From a virus (taxonomy: Duplodnaviria; Caudoviricetes), in the IMG/VR virus record IMGVR_UViG_2974628631_000001, positions 61,727 through 125,726 of that record: a DNA stretch of 64,000 nucleotides; one strand, written 5' to 3'. A program made the position numbers and the translations under genes. The notes under the pieces were generated by a model. The model did not search any database. It saw only the letters and a list, made by a program, of their open reading frames with translations, and was not told the DNA's origin. Shown piece after piece: positions 1 to 8,588 of the stretch (position 1 is its first letter; each line of letters opens with the position of its first letter).

Positions 1-15
1 GGATTGACACTGTAA

Positions 16-558
16 ATGGCTAAAGAAATCGAACTACTCGACAGATACGAGCAAATTAATGCCGTAGCCCAGATGTATATCAAGGGCACCACGAACCCAA
101 CTACTATTGCTAAGGAGTTGGGTATTAAGCGTGCAGAAGCACTTGACCTCATTGAAGAGTGGCGTGATATCGCCAAGAGTAATGATGACATTCGTGAGCA
201 GGCTTCGGAGGCTTTGCAGGCGGGTATTCAACACTATTCAATGATTGTAGAACGTTTCTGGGAAACTGTTGAGCAGGCCGATACTGCTGCCGATTACAAG
301 ACAAAGAATTCTGTTCTGAAGAACATCGCTGATGTTGAGGCCAAGAAGATTGATATGCTTCAAAAGGCCGGGTTGTATGATGATGCGTCCCTTGGTGATG
401 AACTAGCAGAAATGGAAGAAAAGCAGGCTATCCTTGTAGGTATCCTGAAGGAAGTCACAAGCAATTGTGACCACTGTAAGTTTGAAGTCGCTCGTCGCCT
501 TGCAAAGGTAACGGGCAAGACTGAGCCAGTAACTATTGCTGGGGAGGTAAGCGAATAA
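16..558 (+). CDS. probable terminase small subunit (N-terminal HTH)
   Basis: HTH-like PTTIAKELGIKRAEALDLI; directly upstream of the large terminase. Confidence 0.6.
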   Translation: MAKEIELLDRYEQINAVAQMYIKGTTNPTTIAKELGIKRAEALDLIEEWRDIAKSNDDIREQASEALQAGIQHYSMIVERFWETVEQADTAADYKTKNSVLKNIADVEAKKIDMLQKAGLYDDASLGDELAEMEEKQAILVGILKEVTSNCDHCKFEVARRLAKVTGKTEPVTIAGEVSE

Positions 559-597
559 AACCCTGCCGCGAAAGCGGTGGGGCTATTCGTGTTTCTC

Positions 598-2409
598 ATG
601 AATCTAGACTTTAACGACCTACTGAATATGCTCGATGGAGAGGACTTTGAAGAGCGTCCTGTCTCCATCGAAGAATTCGTACAGTCGGAAGACTATTTGA
701 ACCTTCCTACACTGTCCGAGAATCAGTACAAGCTTATCAAGGCAAGCAGCCAGATTTACAAGAAGACAACACTAGTTGCTCTTTATGGTGAGCTGGAGGC
801 AGAAAAGCGCTTTGCAGAAACAATGAACGAGGTTATCTTCCAGCTTGGAAAGGGTTCTGGTAAGGGATACACATCCTCTATTGCCTGTGCCTACATCGTT
901 TATCTGCTCATGTGTCTAAAGGACCCGGCCAAATATTATGGCAAGCCACCTGGTGACCACATCGCTATTCTGAACATTGCTATTAACGCCGCACAGGCTC
1001 AGAACGTCTTCTTCAAGTACTTCAAGCAGCGCATTACCTCAAGCCCATGGTTTGCAGGTAAGTACACCGAGAAGGCTGGAGAATTCCAGTTCGACAAGAA
1101 TGTATTTGTTTACTCAGGTCACTCAGAGCGTGAGGCTTGGGAGGGTTACAATGTAATCTTCGTTATCCTTGACGAGATTTCCGGTTTCGCTCTGGATTCA
1201 ACTTCAGGTAATGAGCAGGCAAAGACAGCTTCGGCAGTTTACAAGATGTACAAGCAGTCTGTCACTTCTCGATTCCCTGAATTCGGTAAGGTAGTTCTCC
1301 TGTCGTTCCCACGATTCAAGAACGACTTTATCCAGCAGCGCTATGCAGATGTTATTGCTGAGAAGGAAACAATTACACGCACATACCGTTTCAAGGTAAA
1401 CCCGGACCTTCCTGAGAATACGGAAGGAAATGAATTCGATATCGAGTGGGAAGAAGACCACATCATTTCCTATCGGATTCCTAAGGTGTTTGCTCTCAAG
1501 CGGCCAACATGGGAAATCAATCCTCTCATCAAGCTTGACGACCTGATGGCAGCGTTCTACGATGACCCCATCGACTCGCTGTCTCGTTTCGCCTGTATGC
1601 CACCTGACGCCATTGACGCGTTCTTCAAGGACCGTGCCAAGATTGAGTCAGCCTTTTCCTCACAGTCCTCTCTAAAGGAGGACAACAGCTTCCGCCCGGA
1701 CTTTATTCCGAACCCTGAGAAAAGGTACTACGTCCACGTGGACCTTGCCCGAGTGCACGACCATGCGGCGGTTGCTCTGGCTCACGTGGAAAAGTGGGAG
1801 CAGAGAAATATCGGCGGTAACTTGACAGAGCCAGCACCCGTAGTTATCGTGGACCAGGTTCGTTATTGGACCCCTAGCAAGACAAAGAACGTAGACTTTA
1901 CAGAGATTCGTGAATATATCCTGAGCCTCAAGAGGCGCGGGTTCAATATTCGTCTCGTCACGTTTGACCGCTGGGAGTCTGCTGACACCATGCAGTACCT
2001 CAACGACCGTGGACTCAGGGCAGAGCGTCTGTCTGTGGCAAAGAAGCACTATGAAGACTTTGCCATGGTTATTGCCGAGCAGAGAGTTGTAGGTCCAAAG
2101 ATTGAGCTATTGATTGAAGAGCTTTTGCAGCTTCGTATCATGAATAACGACAAGGTAGACCACCCTAGAAAGGGAAGTAAGGACTTGTCCGATGCGGTTT
2201 GTGGGGCTATCTTCAACGCAATTGCACATACTCCACGAAACCTTGATGAAACAATTGAAGTCAAGACATTGGAGTCAGTCCATAGAGAAGTAAGGCAGAA
2301 CAAGCTAGATAAATATGAGCAGATGAAGGCAGATGGTGTCATTCGTGCACCTAAGCGACAGATGCCACAGGAGCTTGAAGATTTTCTTGCCAGAATCTCT
2401 ACCATCTGA
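598..2409 (+). CDS. terL: terminase large subunit
   Basis: Walker A GKGSGK, Walker B VILDE, RNase H-like nuclease motifs HVDLA...TFD...KDLSDAV; ATG at 598 preferred over GTG at 577. Confidence 0.9.
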   Translation: MNLDFNDLLNMLDGEDFEERPVSIEEFVQSEDYLNLPTLSENQYKLIKASSQIYKKTTLVALYGELEAEKRFAETMNEVIFQLGKGSGKGYTSSIACAYIVYLLMCLKDPAKYYGKPPGDHIAILNIAINAAQAQNVFFKYFKQRITSSPWFAGKYTEKAGEFQFDKNVFVYSGHSEREAWEGYNVIFVILDEISGFALDSTSGNEQAKTASAVYKMYKQSVTSRFPEFGKVVLLSFPRFKNDFIQQRYADVIAEKETITRTYRFKVNPDLPENTEGNEFDIEWEEDHIISYRIPKVFALKRPTWEINPLIKLDDLMAAFYDDPIDSLSRFACMPPDAIDAFFKDRAKIESAFSSQSSLKEDNSFRPDFIPNPEKRYYVHVDLARVHDHAAVALAHVEKWEQRNIGGNLTEPAPVVIVDQVRYWTPSKTKNVDFTEIREYILSLKRRGFNIRLVTFDRWESADTMQYLNDRGLRAERLSVAKKHYEDFAMVIAEQRVVGPKIELLIEELLQLRIMNNDKVDHPRKGSKDLSDAVCGAIFNAIAHTPRNLDETIEVKTLESVHREVRQNKLDKYEQMKADGVIRAPKRQMPQELEDFLARISTI

Positions 2410-2412
2410 GGC

Positions 2413-2441
2413 TTGACACGGGACATAGGTCCCGTTAGACT
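2413..2441 (+). promoter_or_regulatory. housekeeping-sigma (HrdB-like) promoter, representative of many
   Basis: TTGACA-N17-TAGACT; similar TTGACA-N17/18-TANNNT at about 4799, 6819, 8319, 11331, 17690, 26008, 26130, 28717, 40586. Confidence 0.7.
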
Positions 2442-2473
2442 AGAAAAAGATTAAAACAATTAGTAGCAAAGAG

Positions 2474-2722
2474 ATGAAGATTACTCTAGTAGATTCTAAT
2501 GAAGTATGTAAGTGTGTAGGGAAGCACATCCCGAAGCCAACCAAACTCTATCGAATTGATTATTCGGGCGGGTTTGTCTTCGTGTGCCCCACAGCCTACT
2601 TGAATCTGGTATCCTTGGAAGAAGAGTATGTGAAGCATGATGGTCTTCCGCCTGGTTCAGTAAGGAAACACTTCTCAGAGTTTACTCATGAACTGTACAG
2701 ACTAATGACTCGTTCAGCTTGA
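2474..2722 (+). CDS. hypothetical protein
   Basis: ORF downstream of promoter. Confidence 0.6.
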   Translation: MKITLVDSNEVCKCVGKHIPKPTKLYRIDYSGGFVFVCPTAYLNLVSLEEEYVKHDGLPPGSVRKHFSEFTHELYRLMTRSA

Positions 2723-2775
2723 CAGTTGCACAGCCTGCCGGGTTATGGTAGACTGAAATCACAGGTTGAACACAA

Positions 2776-2849
2776 GTGGGTATGGGAAAGTTTGGTAATC
2801 CGTCTGCTTTGGGAGCAGAAGAACGTCGGTTCAAATCCGGCTGCCCGCA
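2776..2849 (+). tRNA. tRNA-Pro(TGG)
   Basis: anticodon arm tctgc-tt-TGG-ga-gcaga, T-loop ttcaaat. Confidence 0.9.
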
Positions 2850-2926
2850 CGTGAGGTTTTAGGTTTGCCCTCTCTGGAGCAAGGACACAACATCCATTCA
2901 GTTGGACCAGAGGAAAACCTAGCTAT

Positions 2927-3001
2927 CGGGATGTAGCTCAGCTTGGTCAGAGCGCGCGGTTTGGGACCGTGAAGTCGTAGGTTCGAATCCTATCATCCCG
3001 A
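2927..3001 (+). tRNA. tRNA-Pro(TGG), second copy
   Basis: cgggatg/catcccg acceptor stem, TGG anticodon, ttcgaat. Confidence 0.95.
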
Positions 3002-3036
3002 CTTCCTGAATAAAATGCCATGCAAAGGAAAGTCTA

Positions 3037-3555
3037 ATGAATGACATAATGACGCGTGAGGAAATCATCCTTGCGCTTGAGGCTAGAGATGGTTTAAACT
3101 GTTTCTTGTGTAAGGAACCATTCTCAAAGGATGTAAACAGTCCTTTGTTTGAGGTGACTATTGACCACTGGTATCCACAGTCTATTGCTTTTGCAGAGGG
3201 TTGGACGTATGATGAGGTCAATGCAATCTCAAACTTGAGAAAGGCGCACAGACCTTGTAACGCAAATAAGGGTGACCTAGTTCCGAATCCTGATGGTACT
3301 CTTCCACAGAGGCCAGTCAAGGAAAGAACGATTAGGCTTCCGCGTCCAGTGTCATGCGACACCTGCATGAATGGTAGAATTCTTCTACTTGGAGAAATTT
3401 GCCCGGATTGTAGTTCTGGACCACAACCCAGAGCATTCCCTAAGACTCTTCAGAAGACTCCAAAGGAATGTGACCACAGTAGTTATCACTGTTGGATGTG
3501 CGTCATCGGCCACATTCCACGAAAGTCTGCACTTCAGACGATAATTACTGGCTGA
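3037..3555 (+). CDS. HNH endonuclease
   Basis: CxxC, TIDHWYP...NLRKAHRPCNANKG. Confidence 0.85.
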   Translation: MNDIMTREEIILALEARDGLNCFLCKEPFSKDVNSPLFEVTIDHWYPQSIAFAEGWTYDEVNAISNLRKAHRPCNANKGDLVPNPDGTLPQRPVKERTIRLPRPVSCDTCMNGRILLLGEICPDCSSGPQPRAFPKTLQKTPKECDHSSYHCWMCVIGHIPRKSALQTIITG

Positions 3556-3657
3556 GCTTGACACCCCAGTCGTCAAGTAGTAACATGGTAGTACGCCCAA
3601 GGGGACCGGCGAATTTATCCCCCGCAGTTACATCTCTGCGATAGCAAAAGATGGCAA

Positions 3658-3728
3658 TGCTCCGTCGTATAACGGCAATACATTCGGCTCTGGACCGAAG
3701 AATTGAGGTTCGAATCCTTGCGGGGCAG
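3658..3728 (+). tRNA. tRNA-Gln(CTG)
   Basis: ttcgg-ct-CTG-ga-ccgaa, full cloverleaf. Confidence 0.92.
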
Positions 3729-3754
3729 CAAAGTCAAGTGCGACGGTACTTGAC

Positions 3755-3887
3755 GGGAGTGGCGGAACGCCTTACTATGGAGGTAACGCACATCGGGGCC
3801 TAACCAGCCGGTTGATAACCAAACTGATGGTCTAGACTAACGGAGTACATAGAGGTCTAGTGCCGGAAAACTTAATCCGGTCTCCCA
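3755..3887 (+). ncRNA. tRNA-like structured RNA candidate
   Basis: gggag/ctccc terminal stem, tRNA-like 5' tggcggaa, 3' gccgg-loop-ccggt arm, internal ctagac/gtctag helix. Confidence 0.4.
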
Positions 3888-3890
3888 CAT

Positions 3891-3964
3891 ATTCCAGAGC
3901 GTAGGTTGTGCCAGTCGGTCTCCAAAACCGTACTGCGAGAGTTCGAATCTCTCCTGGTTTGCCA
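3891..3964 (+). tRNA. atypical tRNA-Trp(CCA)
   Basis: cggt-ct-CCA-aa-accg, T arm gagag-ttcgaat-ctctc, encoded CCA; two U-U pairs in acceptor stem, reduced D arm. Confidence 0.7.
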
Positions 3965-4084
3965 ATACACCCTAGGAGGTGCTAGAGTGTTGATGAAGTT
4001 GAAGATGTTGCTTCACAAGTTCCGCCCGGTAGTTGATAAGCTACTGAGCAGATGGTACACTAGAAAAACAAAGTAAAAAACTTT

Positions 4085-4154
4085 TCGGGTCGGATGTAAA
4101 CGGTTATCTTTCAATTTGGTGAATACAATATCCCGTTTACAACAACACATCCGA
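4085..4154 (+). ncRNA. Y RNA-like element 1 (short)
   Basis: tcgggtcggatgtaaacggttatc...ccgtttaca...acatccga; 5' and 3' ends pair as a bulged helix. Confidence 0.65.
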
Positions 4155-4159
4155 ATCAT

Positions 4160-4234
4160 TGGGGTATAGCTCGGTCTGGTTAGAGCAATCGTCTGATAAG
4201 CGATAGGTCGTGGGTTCAAATCCCACTGCCCCAA
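4160..4234 (+). tRNA. tRNA-Ile(GAT)
   Basis: atcgt-ct-GAT-aa-gcgat. Confidence 0.93.
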
Positions 4235-4238
4235 CTGT

Positions 4239-4371
4239 GTGGGTCGAATGTTATCGGTTATCTTCCAAACAGCGGGTTATAGGTTCGAATCCTATCCTGG
4301 GCTTTCATGTCCAGGTAGCTCAATGGGTAGAGCAGCAGTCCTTTAAACACGATAGCAACAAACATATCCAC
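4239..4371 (+). ncRNA. yrlA: YrlA-type Y RNA with permuted tRNA-like domain
   Basis: GGGUCGAAUG matches GNCGAAN(0-1)G; internal order T arm (atagg-ttcgaat-cctat), loop-closed acceptor stem (cctgggc-tttcat-gtccagg), D arm (gctc-aatgggta-gagc); ends pair. Confidence 0.85.
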
Positions 4372-4378
4372 CAAGCTT

Positions 4379-4519
4379 GCGGGTCGGAGACATTCGGTTA
4401 TCTTTGATTCCAATACTATCAGAATTCCGGTTCGACTCCGGATTGTGGACGAATGGGAGTGGGTCCCAGCTAGTGTGATAGCTAGTTAGTCTACACCTTC
4501 CGATGTCATGTATATCCGC
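4379..4519 (+). ncRNA. Y RNA-like element 3
   Basis: gcgggtcggagacattcggttatc...ccgatgtc...atatccgc; internal T arm tccgg-ttcgact-ccgga. Confidence 0.7.
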
Positions 4520-4526
4520 ATATAAT

Positions 4527-4613
4527 GGAGGTTCAAGCCGATTGGCGACGGCACTTGTCTTGAAAACAAACGAGGTGTGAAAGCCCTTGGGGGTTCGACT
4601 CCCCCAGCCTCCG
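4527..4613 (+). tRNA. tRNA-Ser(TGA)
   Basis: TGA anticodon, long variable arm, G73. Confidence 0.92.
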
Positions 4614-4907
4614 CTTCCTAGTACTAAGGAGTAAAATGACTGAGACAGAAAATGTCGGTCCTTCTTCCTATCAGCTAGCAATCATCCTTGCGCTTCAAAG
4701 CAAGCATGTGTATGCTAACACTGTAAGTTACGAAGAGATTGCACGACGACGTAAGGCAAGCAAGCGGGCGCGACTTCAGCGCAGAACAAACAGAAGGCTT
4801 GACACGACACGTCGCTCGTGATAAGGTTTTAACAGAACAACAGATGGTCGGCAAGCAGGTAAGTGAGGAACACAGGAGCTTGAGCCACAACCCCTCCGCC
4901 ATCACAT

Positions 4908-4980
4908 GCGTCGTTAGTTCAGCGGTCAGAGCACTGCCCTGTCAAGGCAGAAGTCGCGGGTTCGAATCCCGTACGGCGCG
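4908..4980 (+). tRNA. tRNA-Asp(GTC)
   Basis: ctgcc-ct-GTC-aa-ggcag. Confidence 0.95.
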
Positions 4981-5018
4981 CATATATAATGTAACTGTTG
5001 CCTAGTGATTGGAATAAA

Positions 5019-5222
5019 ATGGCACGTGTTAAGAAGTTTGACCTTGTTGCCCTTGACAAGGACGGCTGGTTCTCTGCTAAGGTTAGTGGAAAGTTCCGGG
5101 GTCTGGTTGAAAAGACAGGTCGAAGCAACTATACTCTCCACCTTGGCAAGGGTGACGTGACCAACTTCAATACGAAGAAGGCACTTGAGACTTGGCTCAC
5201 GAACAAGTGGGCAACTAACTAA
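5019..5222 (+). CDS. hypothetical basic protein
   Basis: ATG after ggaat; phage-typical codon usage. Confidence 0.65.
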   Translation: MARVKKFDLVALDKDGWFSAKVSGKFRGLVEKTGRSNYTLHLGKGDVTNFNTKKALETWLTNKWATN

Positions 5223-5236
5223 ATACTTATAGCGTT

Positions 5237-5294
5237 CGGGTCGGAGGCTTTCGTTTATCATCGGAGAATAAGACGATTGTCAACCACATATCCG
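5237..5294 (+). ncRNA. Y RNA-like element 4 (short, degenerate)
   Basis: cgggtcggagg...gtttatc...acatatccg. Confidence 0.55.
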
Positions 5295-5322
5295 CTCTCT
5301 AACTTCTAGGCCCTAACAATTT

Positions 5323-5457
5323 CGGGTCGGATGTTCCTCGGTTATCTAAATTATACTGTGAATATAAAGGTGTCGGTTCGAATCCGGCCGGAAGCGCAAT
5401 GGTAGACTGTACAATCTGCCAAGTCACTGTAGTTTAAGTGTGGGAATAAAACATCCG
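5323..5457 (+). ncRNA. Y RNA-like element 5
   Basis: cgggtcggatgttcctcggttatc...gggaata...acatccg; internal T arm gtcgg-ttcgaat-ccggc. Confidence 0.7.
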
Positions 5458-5502
5458 TCCTAGGATAAGGATATGCACACGCGACCCGTGCCAGTGACGC
5501 TT

Positions 5503-5575
5503 GCCCCTGTAGTTCAATGGATAGAGCGACTGCCTTCTAAGCAGTAAGTTGCAGGTTCGAATCCTGTCGGGGGTA
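5503..5575 (+). tRNA. tRNA-Arg(TCT)
   Basis: actgc-ct-TCT-aa-gcagt. Confidence 0.95.
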
Positions 5576-5905
5576 CTTTATGAAAGACAAAATGCTTCGT
5601 AAAAGGTCTTCTTGGAGAACTTGGACCAGAACATATGGTTCTGAGCAGAAGAGGAATAACCGCGCATTTGAAAAGAAGCAATGGAGAAAAGAGTGGCTGA
5701 GCGAAAGCTGACAGTATACTTTGAATCAAGCGATGACATTGATGAAGACGAGTTCTTTGAATATGTTCATCGCTTTTTCTGTAAGAATCCCAACGACCCT
5801 GATGTAGATAATTGCAGGCTTTACGCGATGACTGCTCAAAGTGTAGTTGAGGAAGAAGAGTAAGCGTGCTATGATTGGGCTAACAAAGCCAAAGTAGGAG
5901 GCAAG

Positions 5906-6511
5906 TTGCCTAAGAGGAAATTCTTCTACGATACCGAATTCCATGAAGACGGAAAGACGATTGACCTTATTTCAATCGGCATTGTCCGTGGTGATGGAAA
6001 AGAATATTATGCGGTATCTTCAGAAGCAGATTATCGCCGGATTTATGAGAATAGTTGGCTCATGAATCATGTTATGAATACTATTCCGCATGTAGTTGTG
6101 GAGGTTCCCAATGATGGTGGATTCACCATTGTTCCAACAGGGCCGGATGTAAAGACTCGTGCTCAAATTAGAGAAGACATCATCAACTTTGTTGGAGAGA
6201 GTCAAGACGTTTTCAATGACCCTCATGGTGAGGCAAAGGCTGAGCTTTGGGCTTGGTATGCTGATTACGACCATGTAGCATTGTGTCAGCTCTTTGGTAA
6301 GATGATTGATTTGCCTGAGGGATTCCCTATGTTTACAAGGGACCTGAGACAGCATTGGGAGTATTGTGGCTATCCTGAACTTCCACGTCAGGATGATGGC
6401 GAACACAACGCGCTTGACGATGCCAGACATAATCTGGTAATGTGGAAGTACATGGAGGAGCACTGCAAGCAATATGGAAACACACGTTTTCTCGGTAATG
6501 CTTCAAGTTGA
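5906..6511 (+). CDS. DEDDh 3'-5' exoribonuclease (Rv2179c/RNase AS-like)
   Basis: FYDTEF...WAWYADYDHV...HNALDDA motifs. Confidence 0.85.
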   Translation: MPKRKFFYDTEFHEDGKTIDLISIGIVRGDGKEYYAVSSEADYRRIYENSWLMNHVMNTIPHVVVEVPNDGGFTIVPTGPDVKTRAQIREDIINFVGESQDVFNDPHGEAKAELWAWYADYDHVALCQLFGKMIDLPEGFPMFTRDLRQHWEYCGYPELPRQDDGEHNALDDARHNLVMWKYMEEHCKQYGNTRFLGNASS

Positions 6512-6859
6512 GGTAGAAGCACCATCTGAGGATGATGCTCGTGAAGCCATCAGAGATTGCTTCGGAGAGGGTAGCAACTGTGGTGCGAACGTGGTAGAGT
6601 ATGAGGTGCTTGACCATGCTAGACTTGACTGACATCGAAAATCGCGGGGTTACGTTCAAAAAGTTCTGTGGACTTGATGCCGAAGATGGTGTAGGATGTA
6701 CAGAAGAAGCGGTAGGAGACATCACTGCTGAACTAGAAGATGGAGTTAAGATTCCAGTTCCAGTGTGTGAAGGTCATCTACAAGAACTCATCGCTGCTTA
6801 CAATGTTGAGCAAGTGAGTTGACAGCGGTATGAACTCTTGCTATGATAGAAGAGTTCCT

Positions 6860-6932
6860 GGGGGTGTAGCTCCAATGGTAGAGCAACAGCTTTGCAAGCT
6901 GAAGGCTGTCGGTTCGAATCCGACCATCTCCA
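6860..6932 (+). tRNA. tRNA-Ala(TGC)
   Basis: TGC anticodon, G3-U70 pair. Confidence 0.95.
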
Positions 6933-6966
6933 CTGACCATATTTGGTCTACAAAGGGGGTGTACAC

Positions 6967-7026
6967 ATGTTGTACACACTACTAGTAATCTTGGTAATCA
7001 TCGTTATCTTGATGCTTATCTTCTAA
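6967..7026 (+). CDS. 19-aa hydrophobic peptide
   Basis: RBS aagggggt; MLYTLLVILVIIVILMLIF. Confidence 0.55.
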   Translation: MLYTLLVILVIIVILMLIF

Positions 7027-7035
7027 GGAGGTAAG

Positions 7036-7125
7036 ATGAGAGGCAGCGATGTAGTATGGACGATTGCAGGAGTACTCTTTGCGATTGCTCTAATCGTCTG
7101 GCTTGCGGATAACGTAAGCCTTTGA
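7036..7125 (+). CDS. 29-aa membrane peptide
   Basis: RBS aaggaggt; MRGSDVVWTIAGVLFAIALIVWLADNVSL. Confidence 0.6.
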   Translation: MRGSDVVWTIAGVLFAIALIVWLADNVSL

Positions 7126-7232
7126 TAGAGTAAAGCTCACGAACCTAGGTCGCCTCTGATACAAGCCGCCTATCAAGTTGTAGTGCACTACGCTTGACGC
7201 TCCAGTCCTGAGTCGGGTAAAATGGACAACAT

Positions 7233-7305
7233 GCTCCGGTAGCTCAGTTGGTAGAGCAGTTGACTCTTAATCATCAGGTCCTCGGTTCAAGTCCGAGTCG
7301 GAGTA
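7233..7305 (+). tRNA. tRNA-Lys(CTT)
   Basis: CTT anticodon, canonical D and T arms. Confidence 0.93.
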
Positions 7306-7376
7306 CGTATAGTATAATAACCCATAAAACACCCCAGTTGGTTTCCGGCTGGGGTTTTATCTTTAAAGGAGAAAAC

Positions 7377-8180
7377 ATGTTCGGTCGTCGTAAGGCTGCT
7401 TTCGTTCCCGACAACACCAAGCGAGTTCTGAAGACTGTCAAGGTTGTTAAGCGAGACCCTTCTACCGCTGCGGCCCCCGTTGACCTTATCAAGAAGGTTG
7501 GGGTTTCTTTTGAAAAGAAGGTCGAGTCTGCGGTCAATCTGAACAAGAACGTCAGTGGCCCTTCTCGTGGAGTCGTCTGGAATGTCATCGGTCTGCTTGA
7601 CGAGTCTTACTCTATGGACCCCTTCTTCTATGATGGTACGGTTCAGGAGATTGTTGACCGTGTGCTTGCATGGTCTGCGTCGGTTGATGCTGATGGCCTG
7701 GTGCCTTTCGGCGGGTTTGCTAACAGCCACGTTTGGCACGGTGACGTTGACCTGACGAACGTTAATAACGTCGTTGCTACAAATGGATGGTCCCCCTGGG
7801 GTGGAACCAACCTTGCTGACTCTCTCAAGGCTATCCTTGACATGGTTAAGGATATGGGAGATGCTTGGCAGGAAAACCCCATCCTTCTGTTCATCGTGAC
7901 GGATGGTATGCCTCAGAATCAGGCTCTTGTTAAGCAGTACATTCAGGAGCTTTCTCAGTACCCTGTCTTTATCAAGATTCTGCGGGTGGGTAGTGACCCT
8001 GGTGCCAAGGCTTTTGTTGAAGACCTTGACAACATGGTCGGTGGTCGCCTGGTGGATAATGTTGAGGCTCCGGATGATGGTCTCCGCAAGGGGATGTCTG
8101 ACGATAAGTTCAACGCTGCTATGATTAACGACATGGACAAGTACATCAACGACGCAACTGCGGCGGGTCTCCTTCAGTGA
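7377..8180 (+). CDS. vWA domain protein (Ter-associated type)
   Basis: MIDAS DESYS, GGT, FIVTDG; RBS aaggag before ATG 7377. Confidence 0.85.
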   Translation: MFGRRKAAFVPDNTKRVLKTVKVVKRDPSTAAAPVDLIKKVGVSFEKKVESAVNLNKNVSGPSRGVVWNVIGLLDESYSMDPFFYDGTVQEIVDRVLAWSASVDADGLVPFGGFANSHVWHGDVDLTNVNNVVATNGWSPWGGTNLADSLKAILDMVKDMGDAWQENPILLFIVTDGMPQNQALVKQYIQELSQYPVFIKILRVGSDPGAKAFVEDLDNMVGGRLVDNVEAPDDGLRKGMSDDKFNAAMINDMDKYINDATAAGLLQ

Positions 8181-8420
8181 ACGAACGACTTGACGACATG
8201 GTTGAAGCATGGCATACTTCAGGTGAAGAGGAAACACGCTCTCTACAAGAGTACCTTGACATGAATGATGCGGAGTTTCAGATTTGGGTAGTAACTGCGA
8301 AGTTGACAGACTCCTACCTTGACAGACATCCTGAGATGATGTAAGATATAAGAACAAGGTCGCAGGGATACAACGCGAGATTCGCTCCGGGTATGTATCT
8401 TAAAAGTAAGCTGCGATTAT

Positions 8421-8493
8421 GGCTCGGTGGTGAAATTGGTTATCACGCCTCCCTCATAAGGAAGTATTTCGGGTTCGAGTCCCGGCTGAGCTA
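8421..8493 (+). tRNA. tRNA-Met/Ile2(CAT)
   Basis: CAT anticodon, paired 1:72. Confidence 0.88.
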
Positions 8494-8494
8494 C

Positions 8495-8567
8495 TGCGCG
8501 GTAGTGGAGTTAGGTTCCACGTGGGGCTCATAACCCTAAGACGCCGGTTCGAATCCGGCCTGCGCCA
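8495..8567 (+). tRNA. initiator tRNA-fMet(CAT)
   Basis: 1:72 mismatch, GGG/CCC in anticodon stem. Confidence 0.88.
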
Positions 8568-8588
8568 CTATTTACAATAGGAGAGTAT

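Noticed and set aside
4261-4350. Circularly permuted tRNA gene of the algal/archaeal type
   Set aside because: No consistent anticodon arm can be reassembled, and the domain is nested in a GNCGAANG helix; it fits YrlA better.
7248-7376. N-terminal extension of the vWA ORF
   Set aside because: It overlaps tRNA-Lys; the RBS supports ATG 7377.
7377-8180. Ro60/TROVE protein
   Set aside because: It is only a ~270-aa vWA domain with no room for the TROVE helical ring.
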